From: Mobula hypostoma
Taxonomy: Eukaryota
Direction of reading: 5' to 3'
Assembly (NCBI RefSeq): GCF_963921235.1
Contig: NC_086107.1
Span: forward strand, 113,338,001 to 113,402,000
DNA: 64,000 nucleotides
Positions 39,301 to 52,600 of the stretch are shown here, piece after piece. Every line of letters starts with the position of its first letter. Position 1 is the first letter of the stretch. The position numbers and the translations under genes are program-made. Below the pieces are notes generated by a model. That model had not been told where the DNA came from. It did not search any database and saw only the letters and a program-made list of their open reading frames with translations.

Positions 39301-40575
39301 GAATTGAATCATGGTCAGTGATTGCTGGTGGAGAAAGGTGAGTTTGCTAACTGCCACTTCTTCAGTCCCACGAATCGCTGCCTTTGGGAACACAGGATAG
39401 AATTTCAGGATATCCAGGTAATGTCTCAGAGTTCCCCTGGAGACCCACTCCACAATTACAGACTGAAAATAAAAATGAGAAATGATAACTGCCAATGGGA
39501 CATTAGCTGTCTAGACTTTGTTTGACACTCCTCTCTCCTATTCCAACCATACTCCTTCCGAACGCTCGGCTCCCCACTCCCTCTGCTCCGATCCTAACCT
39601 CACCATCAAACTCGCAGATAAGGGAGGTGCTGTAGTAGTCTGTTGTACTGAGCTCTACCTTGCGCCAACTCACAGACACCTCCTCTTACTTAACCCTTGA
39701 ACAGGACCCCACTAAGAAACACCAGGACATTGTCTCCCACACCAACCTTATTGACTGTGGGGATCTCCCATCTACCACCACCAACCTCATAGCTCCCCAC
39801 ACCTCTCAGATCTACTCCTCAGCTTTTTCTCTCCAGTCCTGCCGAAGGGTCTCGGCCTGAAACATCAACTGCACTTTTTTTTCTACAGATGCTGCCTGGC
39901 CTGCTGAGTTCCTCCAGCATTTTGTGTGTGTTGCTTTGGATTTCCAGCATCTGCAGATTGTCTCTTGCTTGAGAAATGATAAGCCCGGGGAATGGGTGAC
40001 TGGTTTGATCTCTGGAAGTCAGTGACACGGAATTGGATCCTGCAAAATTTCATGGAATACAAATCAATAGCACAGGTTACTAGCCTGGATCATTCCCATC
40101 CTTCAGGGATCAAAATCACAGGGAACAAATTCAAAGCTCAAAGTAAATTTATTATCTATGTACATATCTGTCACCATATACAACCCTGGGATTCATTTTC
40201 CTGTGGATATTCACAATAAATACAAGAAACACAATAGAATCAATGAAAGACCATACCCAACAGGAAAATCATTTTTAAAGACTCTTCATCTTATGCTCTT
40301 GATATTTATTGCTTATTTATTTATTATTTATTATTTTGTATTTGTACAGTTTGTTGTCTTCTGCACTCTGGTTGAATCCTAATTGGGCAGTCTTTCATTG
40401 ATTCTGTTATAGTTACTCTTCTATAGATTTATTGAGTATGCCCGCAAAAAATGAATCTCAGGGTTGTATATGGTGACATATACAGTATATACTTTGATAA
40501 TAAAATTTACTTTGAACAGACCAAGAATGTGCAAAAGACAGCAAACTTTTTGCAAATACAAAAATAAAAACTAAC

Positions 40576-40607
<32 letters not shown>

Positions 40608-43600
40608 GAGCACTAAATCTTGAGAACATGAGGTAAAGATTCCTTAGAAGTGTGTCGACAGGCTGCGGGAGCAGTTCAGTGACGGGCAGGTGAAATTGAA
40701 CGAAGCTATCCCTTCTGATTCAAGAACTATTGGAAATCGGAGGTGGAAAGAAACCTGGGAGTCCTTGCGCAGGATTCCTTAAAGGTTAACTTGCAGGTTG
40801 AGTCAGTGGTGAGGAAGGCAAATGTGATGTTGGCATTCATTTCAAGAGGACTAGAATATAAAAGCAATCATGTAATGCTGAGGCTTTATAAGGCACTGGT
40901 CAGACTACACTTGGAATATTGTGAGCAGCTTCACACCCCATATCTAAAAAAATGTGTTAGCATTGGAAAAGGTCCAGAGGAGGCTCACAAGAATGATCCT
41001 AGGAATGAAACATATGAGGAGAGCTGATGGCTCTGGGCCTGTACTTGCTGGAGTTTCAAAGAATGAGGGTGGATCCATTGAATATTGAAAGGCCTAGATA
41101 GAGTGGACGTGGAGAAGCTGTTTCCGAAAGTGGGAGAGTCTAGGACCAGAGGGCATGGCCTCAGAATAGAAGATGTCGAAGTGGAATTTCCTTGGAGAGA
41201 AGATGATGAAACTGTGGAAATCATTGCTGTAGATGGCTGTGGAGGCCAAGTCATTGGGAAGTTGATAGGTTGCAAGGTTGTCAAACGTTACGGGGAAAAG
41301 ACAGGAGAATGGAGTTGAGAGGGGAAGTAAATCAGCTGTGATTGAATGGCAGAGCAAACTCGTTGAGCTGAATGGCCTGATTCAGCTCCTATGCCCCGGT
41401 CTTTATTCACTCTCACCTATACATGACGTCTGACCCACCAAATGTACTCCTGGTTACGGGGAAAGGGGGTGTGGTGGGGAGGAAGGCGTACTCAGATGAC
41501 GAGCAGTAATTGACAGTGTTTCCTGTGCCAGCCACACCCCATGACCGGAGAGATAACTGAACAGCGACTCACGAGGTGAGGAGGTTCATTTGGCTGACCG
41601 TGATCTCGTTGTACACCAAGATGCGGTCCCGGCAATAGTCCTTCACCCATTCCAGCCTCAGCTTCAGGAGGTGCCCGGCAGGACCTTGCAGGTGCCAGAA
41701 GCAGCTCTTGTACTTGCTGTCAGGACCGCTCAGCCTGACGCTGTTTGTGGTGCCGATGAAGTAATAACTGTGGCATTCTGCAGCCAAGGAAAGGAAGGAC
41801 AGGTGTGAGTCCGGAGAGAAGAAAAGGCAACTTTTAAAGCCAAAGGTTTCAAAGTTTCAAGTACATTTTATTATCCAAGTGCATATGTGTCACCATGTAC
41901 AACCCTGAGATTTATTTTCCTGTGGGCATTCACAGTAAATCTATAGAATAGTAATTATAACTTCAATGAAAGATCAAACAGAGTGCAGGAGACAACAAAC
42001 TGTGCAAATTCAAATATAAATAAATATCAAGGACATGAAATAAAGAGTCCTTAAAGTGAGATCATTGGTTACAGGAACATCTCAATGGATGGGCAAGTGA
42101 GTGTAGTTATCCCCTTTTGTTCAAGAGCCTGATGGTTGGGGAGTAGTAACCTCCATTGAATCTGGTAGTGCGAGCCCTTAGACTCCTGTATGTTCTACCT
42201 GACAGCAGCCGAGAGAAGAGAGCACGGCCTGGGTGGTGAGGGATCTCTGGTGAAAGATGCTGCTTTCCTACGACAGTGTTTCATGTAGATGTGCTCAACG
42301 GCTGGGAGGACTTTACCCGTGATGTTCTGGGCCAAGTCCACTACCTCTTGTAGGATTTTCCATTCAAAGGCTTTGCTGATATTAACCAGTCACATGGGTG
42401 TAGTTGACTGACGTGGGCTCAAAGGGCTGGAAAGGTCTGTTCCTGCGATGTAATCTCTAAATAAATAAACTGCCTATTGCGGTCATCGAGCAATCCAGTG
42501 GATATAATAACGATAGAAAACATACAGCCACCCTGAAATCTCTACCCCCAAACATGTGCCCTGGTGCTCAGGATCTGACCCCGTCTCTAGCTCCCTCTCT
42601 GCACATCTAACTGACTCACATTCTGAACCAATGAATAAGCCAGGTGCTGGACAGCCATGATTTCTGACCAATCAGGTGCTAGATTGTTGGAGTCATACTG
42701 TACTTGGCAAGGTATCTTCCTACCCTCAATGGGATGGGAAGTGATGCCAAATTTCTGATCCATGGAAAATGGAGACCATAGGTGTCTCTCTGTCATGGAG
42801 AACTTTTTTTGTGATCAAAGTTAAACTTAAAAGATTTATTTAGAACACGAGACATAGGCATAGCAGCAGCATTGAGTCTACTCGGCCATTCTATCATGGC
42901 TTATTTATTTTCCCTCTCAACCCCATTCTTGGCATGTGAACTGTTTGTCTTTCAGCCATCCGAGGCAGTGAGATGTTTTCACAGTCCACCTATTGACTCG
43001 TTAACAGGAGGACTGGAGCTGGGTACATCTGAACCTTTGTGGAAAGAGGAAAGAATAGAAATAAAAGTACAAAACCAGAAACCTCAAATCGCAGTGGGTT
43101 CTGGTTAATTGGGACAATTAACCAGATTGGAACCTCTACATTTTGGTCCAATTAAATGGCTGCCTCAATTAGCCAAAGTTTCATGCAAATAGGTAAAAAG
43201 GCATAAAAAAGACAAACTGAGTAACAAGTTATGTATTTAAATGTAATACAGAATACATTAGAACACTACCAATAGTTCTACAGCACTATAAAACTGTGTA
43301 TTAGTTCCTAATAGTTATCAACTGAGGACTTGATCCAGTGTATGCAATGAACAAAATCAGTGCCGATATCTAGTGTAGTTAATAGACTGCCTTTGTACAA
43401 CACTATTGATGGTTGCACACTCCAAATCTTCATTTTCATTGTAATATTGAAGATGATTTTTGATACATTCTGTAAGGGGGTTTTGTCTTTTATGTTACTG
43501 TGTAGGCCAATTAAAATAGCTTCTTTGTTATGTTATACTTGGGAATGCTTCTTTGTTATGTTAAACGCTGAGAAAGTTCTTGCGCTGGCAGTTTGTTTTG

Positions 43601-46600
43601 GATTATCTACTGATAAGAGGACAAATCAACCAATTGGGTTAGTTGTTATGCCTGTGGGGTGTCTGTAAGAGATTGTATGCGCGGGGTTTTGGGGGGAGAA
43701 GGTGGGAGGGAGAGACAGAGGATGGACCAGGTGCTGTGATGTCCACTAATGGGGTTGGACCCCGAGCAGGGCGTTCGGCGAAGAGATGAGACGGAAACAG
43801 ACTCGTGTGGAGCATCTGGTCGACCACCGTTGTTAGTCCCAGGCGGCCGGTTGAGGTGGTCCGAGGGGTCGCAGGGTGAAGAAGAAGGGTCCTAAGCTCC
43901 AACTGTTTGTGCACGAAGAGATTGAACTTTGCTAAGTGTGGCGCTGTTTATTTTCCTTTTGCATTTTATTCTCTATTAATTATATAGTTCCAGTAATATC
44001 TATAAACTGTAAATCATTTATTCGCATCTGGTGTATTGTCTGTTATTTGGGTGGGTTGGGGTACATCACACAGCATCCACACAAACTAATTACCCAGTTT
44101 GGTGGGCCGAGGGCTGTTTCCCTAGATGACAGTGAGCCGAGCGACCCTGAGGGTGGCCAGGGGGGCTACACTTCGAATTCTCCATATTTCCTAACTTGTT
44201 GAAGAAATGAAATCATTTCATTTTCCCTCCTGGCAGTTTCCAGCATCTCCAAGCCTGAATGCTTGAAACCACAGTGAGTAAAACAGTTCTGAATTGTCTC
44301 ACTGCTTATTTCTCACCAACCATCAGTGACAAAAATCACTGCTTTTTGAACACAAACACACACACATCTGACACTATTTAAAAACTGTTTACCCGAAGCA
44401 TGGTGTAGCATCTAACGACCACACAAGCGGAGGTGACTGACACTAGTTAGAACCTGTTTGGCAATAGTCTGCTGCCCCAATTAAGCAGTATGGTGTCTAA
44501 ATAAACAATTTTCTCAATTAGTTTTTGTTCTTTAAGACTTGTAAATGCTACCTGATTAACCGACGGCCCAATTAACCGGAATCGACTGCAAATTAGCATT
44601 TTGAAATGAACAATGTACACGTCTAAGTGATGTTAAGTTTGTAATACACTATGCTACTGCTGGGGTATGTATGCTTGTGACAACAATAAACTTACCTATA
44701 CATAGAACGTTACAACATAGTGCAGGCCCTTCAGCTTGTGATGCTGTGCTGACCTTTTAACCGACTTTACGATCAGTCGAACCCTTCCCTCCGACATAAT
44801 CCTCCATTTTTCTATCATCCATGTGCCTATCTAAAAGTTTCTTAAACGCCCCTAATGTATCTGCCTCTAACACCACCCAAGGCAGGATGCTCTATGCACC
44901 CATCACTCACTGTGTAAAGAACTTACTCCTGAAATTCCTCCCCATACTTTCCTCCACCCACCTTAAAATTATGCCCCCTTGTATTAGCCATCTGTGCCCT
45001 GGGGAAAAAAGTCTCTGGATATCTACTCCATCAATCCTCTTGTACATCTCTATAAAGTCACCTTTCACCCTCCTTCACTACAAAGAGAAAAGACCGAGCT
45101 CGCTCAGCCTATCCTCATAAGACACGCTCTCTAGTCCAGGCAGCATCCTGGTAAATCTCCTCTGCACCCTCTCCAAACTTCCCATTATCTTTGTATTAGC
45201 CATTGCTGTCCTAGCTGCCCACTCAAACTATGCGTCCTCAAACTTCAACTAATAAATACAATAGTCATACTTTATTGATCTCAGGGGAAATTGGTTTTCG
45301 TTACAGTTGCACCATAAATAATTAAATAGTAATATGTAAATTATGCCAGGAAATAAGTCCAGGACCAGCCTATTGGCTCAGGGTGTCTGACCCTCCAAGG
45401 GAGGAGTTGTAAAGTTTGATGGCCACAGGCAGGAATGACTTCCTATGACGCTCTGTGCTGCATCTTGGTGGAATGAGTTTCTGGCTGAATGTACTCCTGT
45501 GCCCAACCAGTACATTATGTAGTGGATGGGAGACATTGTCCAAGATGGCATGCAACTTGGACAGCATCCTCTTTTCAGACACCACCGTCAGAGAGTCCAG
45601 TTCCATCCCCACAACATCACTGGCCTTACGAATAATAGATATAGTGATTAGATCAAGGCAAAACAGAATGGTGCATAGACTGTAGTGTAATATAATGTAG
45701 AGCAAAATGGAATGCTTAAGTGACAATAATGGAATAAATGCCCATTATCAAGGACCCCACCACCCAGGCCGTGCTCTCTTCATGCTGCTGCCACACCACA
45801 ACAGAAGGTATCCCACACCACCAGGTTCAGGAAGTTATCACCCCTCAGTCATCAGGCTCTTGAACCAAAGGGGATAACTTCACTCAACTTCACTCACCCC
45901 ATCACCCAAATGTTCCTACAGCAAATGGATTCAGTTTCAAGGGCTCTTCAGCTCATGTCCTCGATATTTATTGCTTATTTGTTTATTTTTTCTCTTTATT
46001 TAGTATTTGCACAGTTTGTTTTCCTTTACACACTGGTTGTTTGTTTGTCCTGTTGGGTGTGGTCTTTCAGTGATTCTATTGTGTTTCTTGTACTTACTGT
46101 GAATACCCGCAAGAAATTTTATGTATTGCACTGTACTGCTGCCACAAAAAAAATTCATGACATATGTGAGCGATCATAAACCTGATTCTGATATGGGTCC
46201 GTATTGTGGACTGAGAGTGGGGAGGAGGCAGGGAGAGGGGAATCCTGGTTGGGAAAAGGGGAAGGGAGCAGGAAGCACCAGAGAGACATTCTGTAATGAT
46301 CAATAAACCAATTGTTTGGAATCAAATGAGCTTGCCTGGTGTCTCTGGGCTGGGTGTGTCTGTACCCTTACCACCTCCTGCCCCGCAACTCCTTCTCTGC
46401 CACCTGTCCCCATACCCCTCCCATGGCGCCCCACCCTCACCATTCCCAACATCCTTTGCTCCCGCCAGATTTACAAACCTACTCTCCGCTCCACATTGGC
46501 AAACACAGAACTGTGCGATAGCCTTGGGCACTCTAGCTATATAAATGTGCCTAAGACCTTGCACAGCACTGTATACGGTGACATATATGTACTTTGATAA

Positions 46601-49600
46601 TAAATTTATTTTGAACTTTGAACAGAGAGAAGAATCTGAGAATGTTTCACGCCACCAGGACAGGGATGAGAAAGCTGTGGTTCTGCTCACCACAGCCCTT
46701 ACCTGCTGCTGATATCAAGGTCTCAAGTTCATATTTCGATAGATCTGTCAAAGTAAAAAGAAATGCAATGTCACTGGGGTTTTATTTAATTTTTAATTTA
46801 TTCAGAGATACAGCGTGGAATAGGCCCTTCCGGCCCTTTGAGTCACACCGCCCAGCTACCCCCGACTTAACCCTAGCCTAATCACGGGGTGATTTACAGT
46901 GAGCAATTAACCACCAAGCAATACGTTAACACCTCACACTTGTCGGCTTTAAACTCCCACTGCCACTTTTCAGCTCATTTTTCCAGCTGGTCCAGATCCC
47001 TCTGCAAGCCAAAATAGTCTTCCTCCCTGCCCACTACAGCCCCAGGGTGCGGCCTGGACTGCAGAACATGCGCGGGAGGGCTGTGCAAGGAAGAGCTTTT
47101 CTCTTTGGAGGGAAAGCGGATAAGAGGTAGAAGGTTATGAAAGGCATTGATAGATTTGACAGACAGTCCTTTTTTTCTAGAGTGGTAATGGCTAATACCA
47201 GAGGATACTCATTTAAGGCGGGGTTCCCAGCCTGGGTCCACAGACCCCTTGCTTAATGGTATTGGTCCATGGCATAAAAAACGTTGGGAACCTCTGTTTT
47301 AAAGTGAGTGGACAAAAGTTTTGGGGAGATATCAGAGGTTGATTTTTTTTTAAACAAAGAGTGATAGCTGTCTGGAACAGGCTGCCGAGGGTGGTGGTAC
47401 AGGCAGATGTGTTAGGGGCGTTTAACAGATCCTTAGATAGGCAGATGTAAGAAAAATGGAGGGTTTTGAAGGAGGGAAGGGTTAGATCGATCGCTAAATG
47501 ATAGGCTAAACATAGTGGGCCGAAGGGCCTGTACTGTGCTGTAATGCTCTATGTCCTATAATTCACCCTACCCTGTTCCACCCTGTATGGTTATTATTTT
47601 TTATTGAGATACAGTGTGGAACAGGCCCTTCGAGTCACGCCGCCCAGCAACTTAACCCCAGCCTAATCACGGGACAATTTACAACGATCAATTAACCTAC
47701 CAACTAGTACGTCTTTGGACTGTGGGAAGAAACTGGAGCAGCCACACTTTCCATGGGGAAATGTACAAATTCCTTACAGGCGGTGATGAGAATTGAACCC
47801 GGTCACCTGTACTGTAAAGCGTTGTGCTAACCACTACGTAACCATGGTGCCCTCCGACCCTCTATTCCCTGCCTGCATGCGTGTCTGCCTAAACGCCCCG
47901 AACATTGCTTTCATATCCATTTCCACCAGCTCTCTTGGCAAAGAAAGGTTCTGACTTTCTACCTTATCTACCCCCCCCCGAATGTTTTTATAAACCCTAA
48001 CAGCCTCCGACCTTCAAGAGAAGACAACCCTAATCTGTGCGGCTTCCTTGTATATCTCATACCCTCTAATCCAAGCAGCATCCTGGTGACATAGACAAAA
48101 TGCTAGAGGAACTCCAGGAAAATGCTAGAGGAACTCCAGCATTTTGTGTGTATTGCTTGGATTTCCAGCATCTGCAGATTTTCTCTCATTTGTGATTGCA
48201 TCCTGGTGAACCTCTTTTGCACACTTTCTAAAGCGCCCACACCCTCCCTGTAATGGGGGGGGGGGTGCGATCAGAACCACACTCAATATCCCAATGGTAG
48301 CTTAGCTACAAATGTCTTAGAACTAAAACACGAGGCCATACATTTATGGCGAGAGGGTGTCCTGTTAGGGCATGGTTTATCCCGCTTGTCGAAAGTCACT
48401 TTATCATGATCGATTAGTTTAGAAACTGCAGCTGCTTTTCTCATTGGTTAGCTGCCTGGTGTCCAATTTCAAATATCCCAGGTATAAAATAACACGTGGA
48501 AGTGGCTTGCTCTCTCTTCCTTTGTTTAAGGCAAGCAGTGCACATGGCCATTGGGAAGGTATGCTCTGTGCGCACTTCTAGCTAAGTAGGTTTGTTGAAT
48601 ATTCAACTTTGTAATTCCATAACTTGGAGAGCATGAATGTTTGGTCGAGTTTTTACTGTTTGTAAATAGATAACTAATATACTTATTCACAGTGTTTTAT
48701 GTCACACTTGCCTGGCTCGCGAACCTGATTTAATGGTACCGGGGGGGGGGAAGTTTAAGGGAAATGGGAGGGTGTGCAAGCTTTTTATTAGGGCTCAGCA
48801 TTAGCAGCTCCACAGTGAAGAGAGAGTGGAAAACATCAAGTTCCTTGGGGTGCAGATCTCGGACAATCTCACCTGGTCCAGGAACACCACTGGGATTGTG
48901 AAACGGGCCCAGCAGAGATTGCACTTTCTGAGGAAGCTTAAACAAGCATCACTCCCCACTAACATCTTAACTACATTCTACAGAGGCATGGTTGAGAGTG
49001 TGCTGACCTTTTGCATCACAACCTGGTACTCCAGCTGCAGTGCTGTCGACAAAAAAGCCTTGCAGAGGGTGGTTAGGGGAGCAGAGAAGGATATTGGGGT
49101 CTCCCTACCTTCTGTCCAAGACCTCTTTCAGAGTTGATGCCTCCAGAAAACACAGTACATCATTAAAGACCCCTCACACCCTCTCCATGAACTGTTTGTT
49201 CTTCTGCTATCAGGCAAACATTACAGGAGCATCAAAACTAAAACCACAAGGCTACTAAACAGCTTCCTCCCACAGGCAGTCAGACTGCTAAATAGCTGCT
49301 CTACCTGACTCTGCTTGGACACTTTTAACTTGCACTGGACACTTACAACTTGATTTTAACTGACATGTGGTTGTTGTGTTTTACTATTTATTGTTATGTT
49401 TATTATTTAGTGTTGCGTTTGTTATACTATGATTGCACTGCTCCTGAGAAACGCTGTCTCATTCTGCCCTGCAGAGCTGATGTACAGTGAGAATGACAAT
49501 AAAGTTTTTTGAATCTTTGAATGGTAGATGCCTGGAATGGACTGCGAGGGGTAGTGGAGGGAACAGATGCAGTAGTGGCACTCAGTGGAAGAACAAAGAG

Positions 49601-52600
49601 GACCAGGGCACTTGGGCTATTATTATTAAAGCAACACACACAAAATGCTGGAGGAACTTAGCAGGCCAGGCAGCATCCATGGAAAAGAGTACAGTCGACG
49701 TTTTGGCTGAGTCCCTTGTTTGTGATTAGATTATTATTAATATCAGTTTTTCTCTTTTCACTGTTTATTTTTCTGAAATCATCACCATATGTTTATTTGT
49801 GCTGTGTGCTGGTGGTCATGTGTTTTGCACCTCAGCCCTGTTAGGCTATATTCATGTAGGGTTGAATGACAATTAATGTTTCAATTTGAACTTCAAACTT
49901 CTTTAAAAGTCCATCTGGAAGATAAGTGGAGGTGCAGGGAATGAAGGGGTACGGATCACGTACAGCCAGAAGAGATTTAGTCTAATCTTTCATCGCGCTC
50001 AGCACAGACGTCGTAGGTGCAGGGTCTATTTAGAGACACAGAGTGGTAACAGGCCCTTCCAGCCCAACGAGCCTGGGCTGCCCAATTACACCCATTTGAC
50101 CAATAAACCTACTAACCGGCACGTCTTTGGAATATGGATGGAAACGGCAGAGTCACGGGGAGAATGTACAAACTCCTTACAGGCAGCAGTGGGAATTGAA
50201 CCGGGGTCACTGGCGTGGCAATAGCATTACATTAACCACTGTGGGTCTGCTCCTGTGCTGCACTGCTTCATGTTCTGGAATAATCAGCAGCAGTCACGGT
50301 ACTACTGGTGTCCGAGGGACGGACTTGCAAAAGGTAAAACTGGCTTAGCCATTTACTTCCATTAAAAAAAGTCTTCCACAGCCGGCGTTAATCAAGTGCC
50401 GTGTATTGGCTGCAGGTTATACAATCTGTACTTCTGTCAGTGGATCTACTTGTGTGGGGGTTGGGTATATCAACAGGCAGGCAACACTCAATGTAAGACC
50501 AGACAAATTTCTCTTCCCCACCACCCCCCCACCCCCCAGCCCCAACAACTAATACTCAGGAGAACGCTCAGAGGAACTCACTGCTTATCTTAGTTGACTC
50601 CAGCTGGATCTGGTAATCTGTTGATTCTTGAGATTCAAAAAGGTTATTGATCGACGCCTTTACCAAGTCACTGTTGATTTCGTTTTCCTTGGTAGTTTTT
50701 ACTTGAAAGGCCACCCAGAAATATGTCAGTAGGCTGCCCTTCCTGGTGGAGGATGAGAGCTTCAAGTTCACATTCAAGTATCATTCAACCATAAATGCCT
50801 ACAGCCAAACAAAAAGCGTTTCTCTGGGGCCAAGGAGCAAAGTACATTACCAACAGCACACAGCACAATTTCAATAAACCATACAGTCACACAAAAAGAC
50901 ATACATAGACCAAGTCCCCAAGTTGTCCTGGTCCAGATTGTTCTCCCATTGGCGAACACTAGAGGGCCAGCCCCAATTTAGTACAGAATCGAGCTTAATG
51001 TGGATAGTGATATTAAAGATTAAAGGTTTCCTTTCCACATCCCATTGGCAATTCTCTGTCCATGACTGCAAGGAACCACAAATAATCATAAACAGAAGAG
51101 ATTCTGCAGATGCTGGAAATCCAGAGCACCAAACACAGAATGCCGGAGGAACACAGCAGGTCAAGCAGCGTCGACTGAAGTGAATAAACAGTCGATAATT
51201 TAGGCCGAGACCCTTCATCAGGAATGGAAAAGGAAGCGGGGGAGATGCCAGAATAAAAAGTTGGGGTTGGAGAAGATGATGGATGAAGCTAGGTGAGTGG
51301 GAAGGGTAAAGGGCTAGAGAAGAAGGAATCTAATAGGAGAGGAGAGTAGACCACGGGAGAAAGGGAAGAAGGAGGGGCACCAGGGGGAGGTGATAAGCAG
51401 GAGAGAAGAGGTAAAAGGTCCAAGCGGGGAATAGAAGAAGAGGGTAAAAAAAATTACCAGAAGGAGAAATCAATGTTCATGCCATCACCTTGGAAGCTAC
51501 CTAGAGAGAATATGAGGTGTTGCTCCTCCACCCTGAGAGTGGCCTTATCGTGAGGCCACAGACTAACATGTCAGACCAGGAACAGTTGGGAATTAAAATG
51601 GTTGGCCAACAGGAATTCCTGCTCTTGGTGGAGGGAGCAGAGGTGCTCAACAACGGGGTCCCCCAATTTACACTGAGTCTCATCAACATAGAGGAGGTCA
51701 CATTGGGAGCACCAGTCACAAAAGACGAGCCTAATAGATTAGCAGGTGAAGTGTTGCCTTACCTGGAAGGACTACTTGTGGCCTTGAATGGAGGTGAGGG
51801 AGGAGGTGAATGGGCAGGTGCGGCACTTAGGCTGCCTGCAGGGTAAGTGCCTGGAGGGAGATTAGTGGGGAAGGATGAAGGGAGAAGGGAACTGTGGAGG
51901 GAACAATCCTTGCAGAAACTGGGGTTGGGGGGTAGGGGAGAAAAAGATATGCTTGGTGGTAGGATCCCTTTGGAAATGGCGGACATTGTGGAGAATAACG
52001 TGTTGGATGTGGAGGCAAAATTGATGAAATTGACAAGCTCAACATGGGTGCAAGAAGCAGCTGTCAATGTGGCGCAGGAAGAGTCGGGGAGCATTTCTAT
52101 GGAAAGCTTGGAACATGGATTGTTCTACGTAGCCGAGGAAAAGGAAAGCATAGCTGGGGTCCATGCGTGTGCCTATGGCTACCCCTCGGGTCTGAAGAGA
52201 GGAGCTGAGGGTGAGGGCGAGGACCAGTCTGACAGATAGAGGAAGAAAGTGGTGGAGGGGAATGGTTGGGTCTTTTATTGACGAAGAAGTAGAGAGCTTT
52301 AAGGCCTTCTTCATGGGTAATTAGAAGTGTATAGGAACCGATTCTTGAATCTCATATTCCGTCTTGGTAGCCTTCAACCTGGAAATCCACTTCTCCTTCC
52401 CTCCTTCTTCCCTCTTTTTCTATTCCCTCTTACCTCTTCTCCTCACCTGCCTATCCCCTCCCCCTGGGTCTACTCCTTCTTCCCTTTCTCCTATGGTCCA
52501 CTCTCCTCTCCTATCAGTTTCCTTTTCCTTCCAGTCCTTTACCTTTCCCACCCACCTGTCTTCACCTATCATCTTCTAGCTAGCCACCCTTCCCTCTCCC

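Noticed and set aside
48313..48730. Possible solo LTR (TG start, TATA-like ggtataaaat)
   Set aside because: No clear CA end or target-site duplication could be identified.
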